DNA of 63,973 nt, the filler included, from Vannella sp. (lineage: Eukaryota), in NCBI GenBank assembly GCA_023345925.1. It is 9 parts of 9 records of this genome, joined end to end, with 100 filler letters (N's around TTAATTAATTAA, not from the genome) between each part and the next. Parts side by side here need not be neighbours in the genome. Positions count along the whole stretch, not along the records: positions 55,550 to 61,973 come from JAJQQN010000163.1; positions 62,074 to 63,973 come from JAJQQN010001442.1; 7 more parts are not named here. One strand, given 5' to 3'. The stretch's first letter is position 1. Each line of letters begins with the position of its first letter. The position numbers and the translations under genes are program-made. Under the pieces are notes generated by a model. The model was not told the origin of the DNA and made no database searches. It was given only the letters and a program-made list of their open reading frames with translations. Shown piece after piece: positions 59,893 through 63,973 of the stretch.

Positions 59893-61524
59893 ATGGTGCG
59901 GCGGGATGTGTTGTCGTTAGGGTTTATGGGGTTTGCGGTGGTCTATGAGCTGACGGTGTACTCTGCAAGTGTTCTGCCTTACATCCAATCGGTAGGAGAA
60001 GCAAGAGGTGGAAAGGGAGCGCATGGTTGACGAGGGAATGTGTTTCAGCTCGTTCCTTCTGAGGATCAGGCCAGCTTCTACTACTCCCTTCTGATTAGTC
60101 TGGCTGCTGCCACACAAGTGGTTGCTTCCTTATCATGCGGCTTCTTAGCGAGAAAGATCACGATGAAGAGGGTCTTCTTCATCTACCAATCGATCAGCAT
60201 CGCGGGCATCCTCGTCTACGCCTTTGCAGAGTGGCCATTTAAGTCTGTTTGGGGCATCATCATCGGGAAGTGCATGTCTGGGTTCAACGCATGTAGGTAT
60301 ACACCCTCTGATAGCAAAGGGAGCTCATCGCCTTGCCTTCAGCCAATGTGGGGCTCACCTTGGCGTACGTCTCGAGTATTACGCATGACAGATACGAAAG
60401 AACTGCTCTCATATCCAATTTGAGGACAGTTACTATCCTAGCAACGCTTCCTTCCTCCTGTAAGCACTGAACAGTGAAAGCTGAGCGCGAAATAGACCGG
60501 GACTGACCTTCTTGTCCATTCTGGGGGCGATTTAGTGGTTGCTATTGTGCTATCTATTAAGAGGCTTGAATTCAACATCGGCTCGTATCAGTTTAATGCG
60601 TTTACCTACCCTGCATGGAGCAGCATCATCCTCCAGCTCATCTCTTTGGTCTCCAATTTGATATTCGTGCGGATGATTGAGAAAGAGAAAGCTGAGGAAG
60701 GTTCTGTCCCTTTACCGCCCGCTGGGAGGGCGGTTTACATGTCTACTGGAGTGGCATTGATCTTTGCAGTGTTCTTCTTTGATGGATTCTTCTTGGCTTG
60801 CGTTGTGTACGCTCTCCCTTTGGTTTTACAGGACGGATATGGATGGACCATCATCCAATACTCTCCTGTTTGGGTGGGAATCTCTTTTGTGGGAATCGCT
60901 GGGGTTCAAATTGCCAAGAAATCGGGACAAGTGCTCCGAAGTCAACACTACCTTGTGATAGTCCCTACTTTGGGGTATATGTGCGTGATGGCACTCTTTA
61001 TGGCGGTTGGATCAGTTGGTTTAGGCCGCCTGCCAAGGGGATTGGGCGAGGCTTTCTTCCTCTTTGGTGCAGAAACTGGATTTGGAGCCTTCCAGGTTAT
61101 GCAGACAACACTTTCTTCCATCTTCAGCCAACTCATTCCGCCCCAGTACATCGTAGGTGACACACTGTCCATCTAACTCTGCTGACCCACCTGTGATCAG
61201 GTCAAGATGATGCCGATGACTTCTGCAATGTTCTCTATGGGGAAAATCATTGGTCCCCTTGTTTGCGAAGTAGAAGTGAAATTGGCTGGCATGGGAATGG
61301 TTTTCTTCGTCCTTCTGATACTCACAGCAGCATTAATGTTCCTTTCCATTGGACTGAACCAGCACTTCAAAAGCATTGAGATTGTGGCAGCACTTGAGGC
61401 TAAATCTCCGCCTGTGGACCAATTGAAGTCTGAAGAATCCAACAAGGACCTCCTCGCTGATCAAGCTCAACCTCTCCTCTCTGACCCGCTTCCTTCCAAG
61501 AGGTCGGAGGAAGAATCCAATTGA
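59893..61524 (+). CDS. MFS transporter (MFSD8-like, multi-exon)
   Basis: Multiple TM segments; FNAFTYPAW, TLSSIFSQLI and SMGKIIGP motifs. Confidence 0.8.
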
Positions 61525-62767
61525 GATAAAGTATCTCATTGAAGCTTAAACGCATCCTGACGATCAAGGACGCCCAGGCAAAGTGGGCCGGTAAAGAACG
61601 AACTTGAATGAGCCACAAAGGGAAACGTGAATAGTGAATCTGGTTCTTTAGAATCTGCTTCTTTGATAAGATCCTGATTAACGACTTTGAAGGAAGGAAG
61701 CCTGAAAGACGAAGATGAAACGACCCAATTCGGTCCTGAGTCTTTCGGTCGTTATGGACTCCAAAAAATCTTGCAGGATTGGTGTATCTCGCAATTCTTT
61801 CGGTCGCTACGGACTCCGTTGATGAGTCAAACTGACCCTAAACGAAGATCGACTGGATACTGACTCAATTGGGGTCTGTGTCGACAAAGCAAAGACTTTT
61901 CGGTCTCAGGAGGATACCGGTACTCTATTAGGTTTGTGTTTTGCGGAGTGTAACGCTCCAGTAAGGTAGAAAANNNNNNNNNNNNNNNNNNNNNNNNNNN
62001 NNNNNNNNNNNNNNNNNTTAATTAATTAANNNNNNNNNNNNNNNNNNNNNNNNNNNNNNNNNNNNNNNNNNNNTGGATCATTTGAGAGGTCTTTATGGTG
62101 CGAGAGCTTGCGGAGGACTTCCTGGAGACGGTGGACGCTCTCAGAGTATGGCCAATACAAGTTCAATTGCCTCTTCCTGAGGAAGGAGCTGAAAGGACCC
62201 CTGCTGGTATGTCGTTGAACTGGGGAGGTTGGCGCTTCTGTTCACCTTGTTTGCAGAAGAGACGGGGGTTGTCTGTCAGATTAAAGTGTTTTCAGTACGA
62301 AATCGAGTGGAAGTGAGACACCAAGCTGCCTCGGAGCAGTCCCAGGATGATCTGTCGTGGTTGGTGTCTTCAGGAACCTTCATGGAGTTGTACGTTCCCC
62401 TCCTTTCCACCTCATTTGGTTGTAACTGGGCGTACATAGTCCCTTGGGAGTAGAAACTGTGGAGCTACGGGCCCTGTGCTACAAGATTTGTGCGCAAGAG
62501 GGTGCTGAAGATGTTCGTCATGGACAACCACGACGGCGCTTGCTTGGTGCCATGTCCTTATCGCTTTGTGATATACAGAGATTCGGTAGGAACCCATGAT
62601 CACGCTGAACGAGGACTAAATAAGCCTCTCTAGCCTACGACAACACTCAAACACTTCCGCTCTTCCTTCCCGAGGAGAAGCTCACACGGGGGCTGTCATC
62701 CTACTCTTCAATAAGTCCCAGTGAACGAAAGTTCAAAGGAGACCTCACTCTGAGGATTGAGTTCGTC

Positions 62768-63782
62768 ATGGACCAAGCGAAGGTGAGCGAACTTTGATGC
62801 CTGTGGCTCTATCTGACAGCAGAGACAAGTTCGCAGGCTACTTGCTTTCGATACTACCAGAAGAGATCCTGCTCCAGATCTTCTCCCACTTGGATTGGCC
62901 CTCTCTACTGCATGTCCGGTTGGTCAATCCGCAGTGGAGCCGCCTCTCGAACGATCATCGACTGCTGTTAGTCATGGGTGAGACCTTCCTCTTCTGAAGG
63001 GCAGATCAGGTACTGATCTGTCCCCAAGCCAAGCGGGCTAGCCGAAGGGGGAACTATGAGGGAGCTCGCAAACTGTTTGCCAATGCTGCGGATCATATGT
63101 CCGACTCTGCCATGGTAGAGTTAGGTAGAATCTATCAAAGTGGCCTGGGGGTGGCGGTGGATGTTGAGCATGCCTTCAAATGGTACCAAAAAGCGTCTGA
63201 CTTGGGAAACACCTTTGGCATGAATGACCTCGGTTGGTGCTACGAGAAAGGTATTGGGTGTGTCCAAGATCTCAAGGTGGCTGCCTCCTTATATCTACGC
63301 GCCGCTGAAGGCGGCAACATCTATGGCGAGAACAATATTGGTGAGCCCAACTGCCTCGCCCTTTCTTGTTGACCTTCAGACTTGCTCACAAAGGCTCAGG
63401 ATGGTGCTATCAGAATGGCTTTGGGGTTCAAAGAGACTTTGCGGAGGCCTACAAGTGGTATCGAAGAGCGGGAGATCATGGAAATAGCTCTGGGTTCAAT
63501 AATGTGGCTTGGATGTATCACCAAGGACAGGGAGTGGATCAAGACTACTCCAAAGCATTGAGGGAATATAAGAGAGCTGCTCAGATGGGGAACAAGTATG
63601 CTCAAAACACTCTTGGTAACATGTACATGAGCGGTCAAGGCGCGCCTGCTGACCTTACACAAGCTATTGGATGGTTTGAAAAGGCAGCTGCACTCAAGCA
63701 CGAAGGCGCAATATCCCGGTTAGCTCTCCTCAAAGAAGGTCTCGAGAAAACGGAGACTGTAATAGAGCCCGAAGCAGTTTAA
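62768..63782 (+). CDS. F-box plus Sel1-like repeat protein (multi-exon)
   Basis: LPEEILLQIFSHLD..V...W (F-box) and repeated LGxxYxxGxGVxxDxxxAxxWY. Confidence 0.92.
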
Positions 63783-63858
63783 CCACTTTGCACTTTCAAA
63801 TAGTTACTCAAACCCACCAAGTGACAGTCTCGTTGAATGACATTCAAAGTGAACAAAA

Positions 63859-63973
63859 AGAGGAACCGAAATTCCCTTGAAAAATTCCTTATTACACTAT
63901 GAGTGGGGTGAGGCCACGGTAATCTTTAGTAAAAGGCGAAAGATTAATTCGTTTACTGAGCTCACCCCAGTGC
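63859..63973 (-). ncRNA. U5: U5 spliceosomal snRNA (5' end at the window edge)
   Basis: The minus strand reads TGGGGTGAG..AATCTTTCGCCTTTTACTAAAGATT-ACCGTGG..CTCACCCCA, with invariant loop 1 GCCUUUUAC. An Sm-like site AATTTTTC and a 3' hairpin (GGGAAT-TTCG-GTTCCT) follow. Confidence 0.95.

Noticed and set aside
61741..61817. 22-nt repeats with a 33-nt spacer as CRISPR, or a nearby hammerhead ribozyme
   Set aside because: Only two imperfect copies, and the CUGANGA/GAAA core with three stems cannot be built.
62074..62620. Possible 3' exons of a gene at the start of the last contig
   Set aside because: Could not build a convincing model or assign a family.
63903..63970. Plus-strand nested hairpin as a ribozyme or terminator
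   Set aside because: It is the reverse complement of U5 snRNA stem-loop 1.

Overview
The window is not one locus. It is nine eukaryotic contigs joined by artificial 100-nt linkers (N44-TTAATTAATTAA-N44): 1-8127, 8228-15953, 16054-25184, 25285-32925, 33026-37246, 37347-41714, 41815-55449, 55550-61973 and 62074-63973. The genome is gene-dense, uses the standard code and has many ~45-60 nt GT-AG introns. Ras resembling Dictyostelium RasG/RasD and the many Rho/Ras regulators suggest an amoebozoan-like protist (inference). Recognisable genes include SF3B1, BUD32, a TBC RabGAP, Ras, RPS2, eIF3m, DAP3, importin alpha, Beclin/Atg6, a Rec8/Rad21 kleisin, NARG2/ICE2, several transporters, three RCC1-repeat paralogues and U5 snRNA. 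The standout observation is a circularly permuted tRNA-Pro(UGG) gene at 35255-35332. Its 3' half lies upstream of its 5' half, the junction is at position 30/31, and the gene is clamped by a long leader/trailer helix. Other highlights are a candidate new Arp2/3 activator (five calpain domain-III repeats plus WCA), an IQ-DH-PH-RhoGAP-SAPS fusion, a DM15-only LARP1 and an intronless bacterial-type SF2 helicase. All calls were made by eye without database searches, and multi-exon boundaries are manual.
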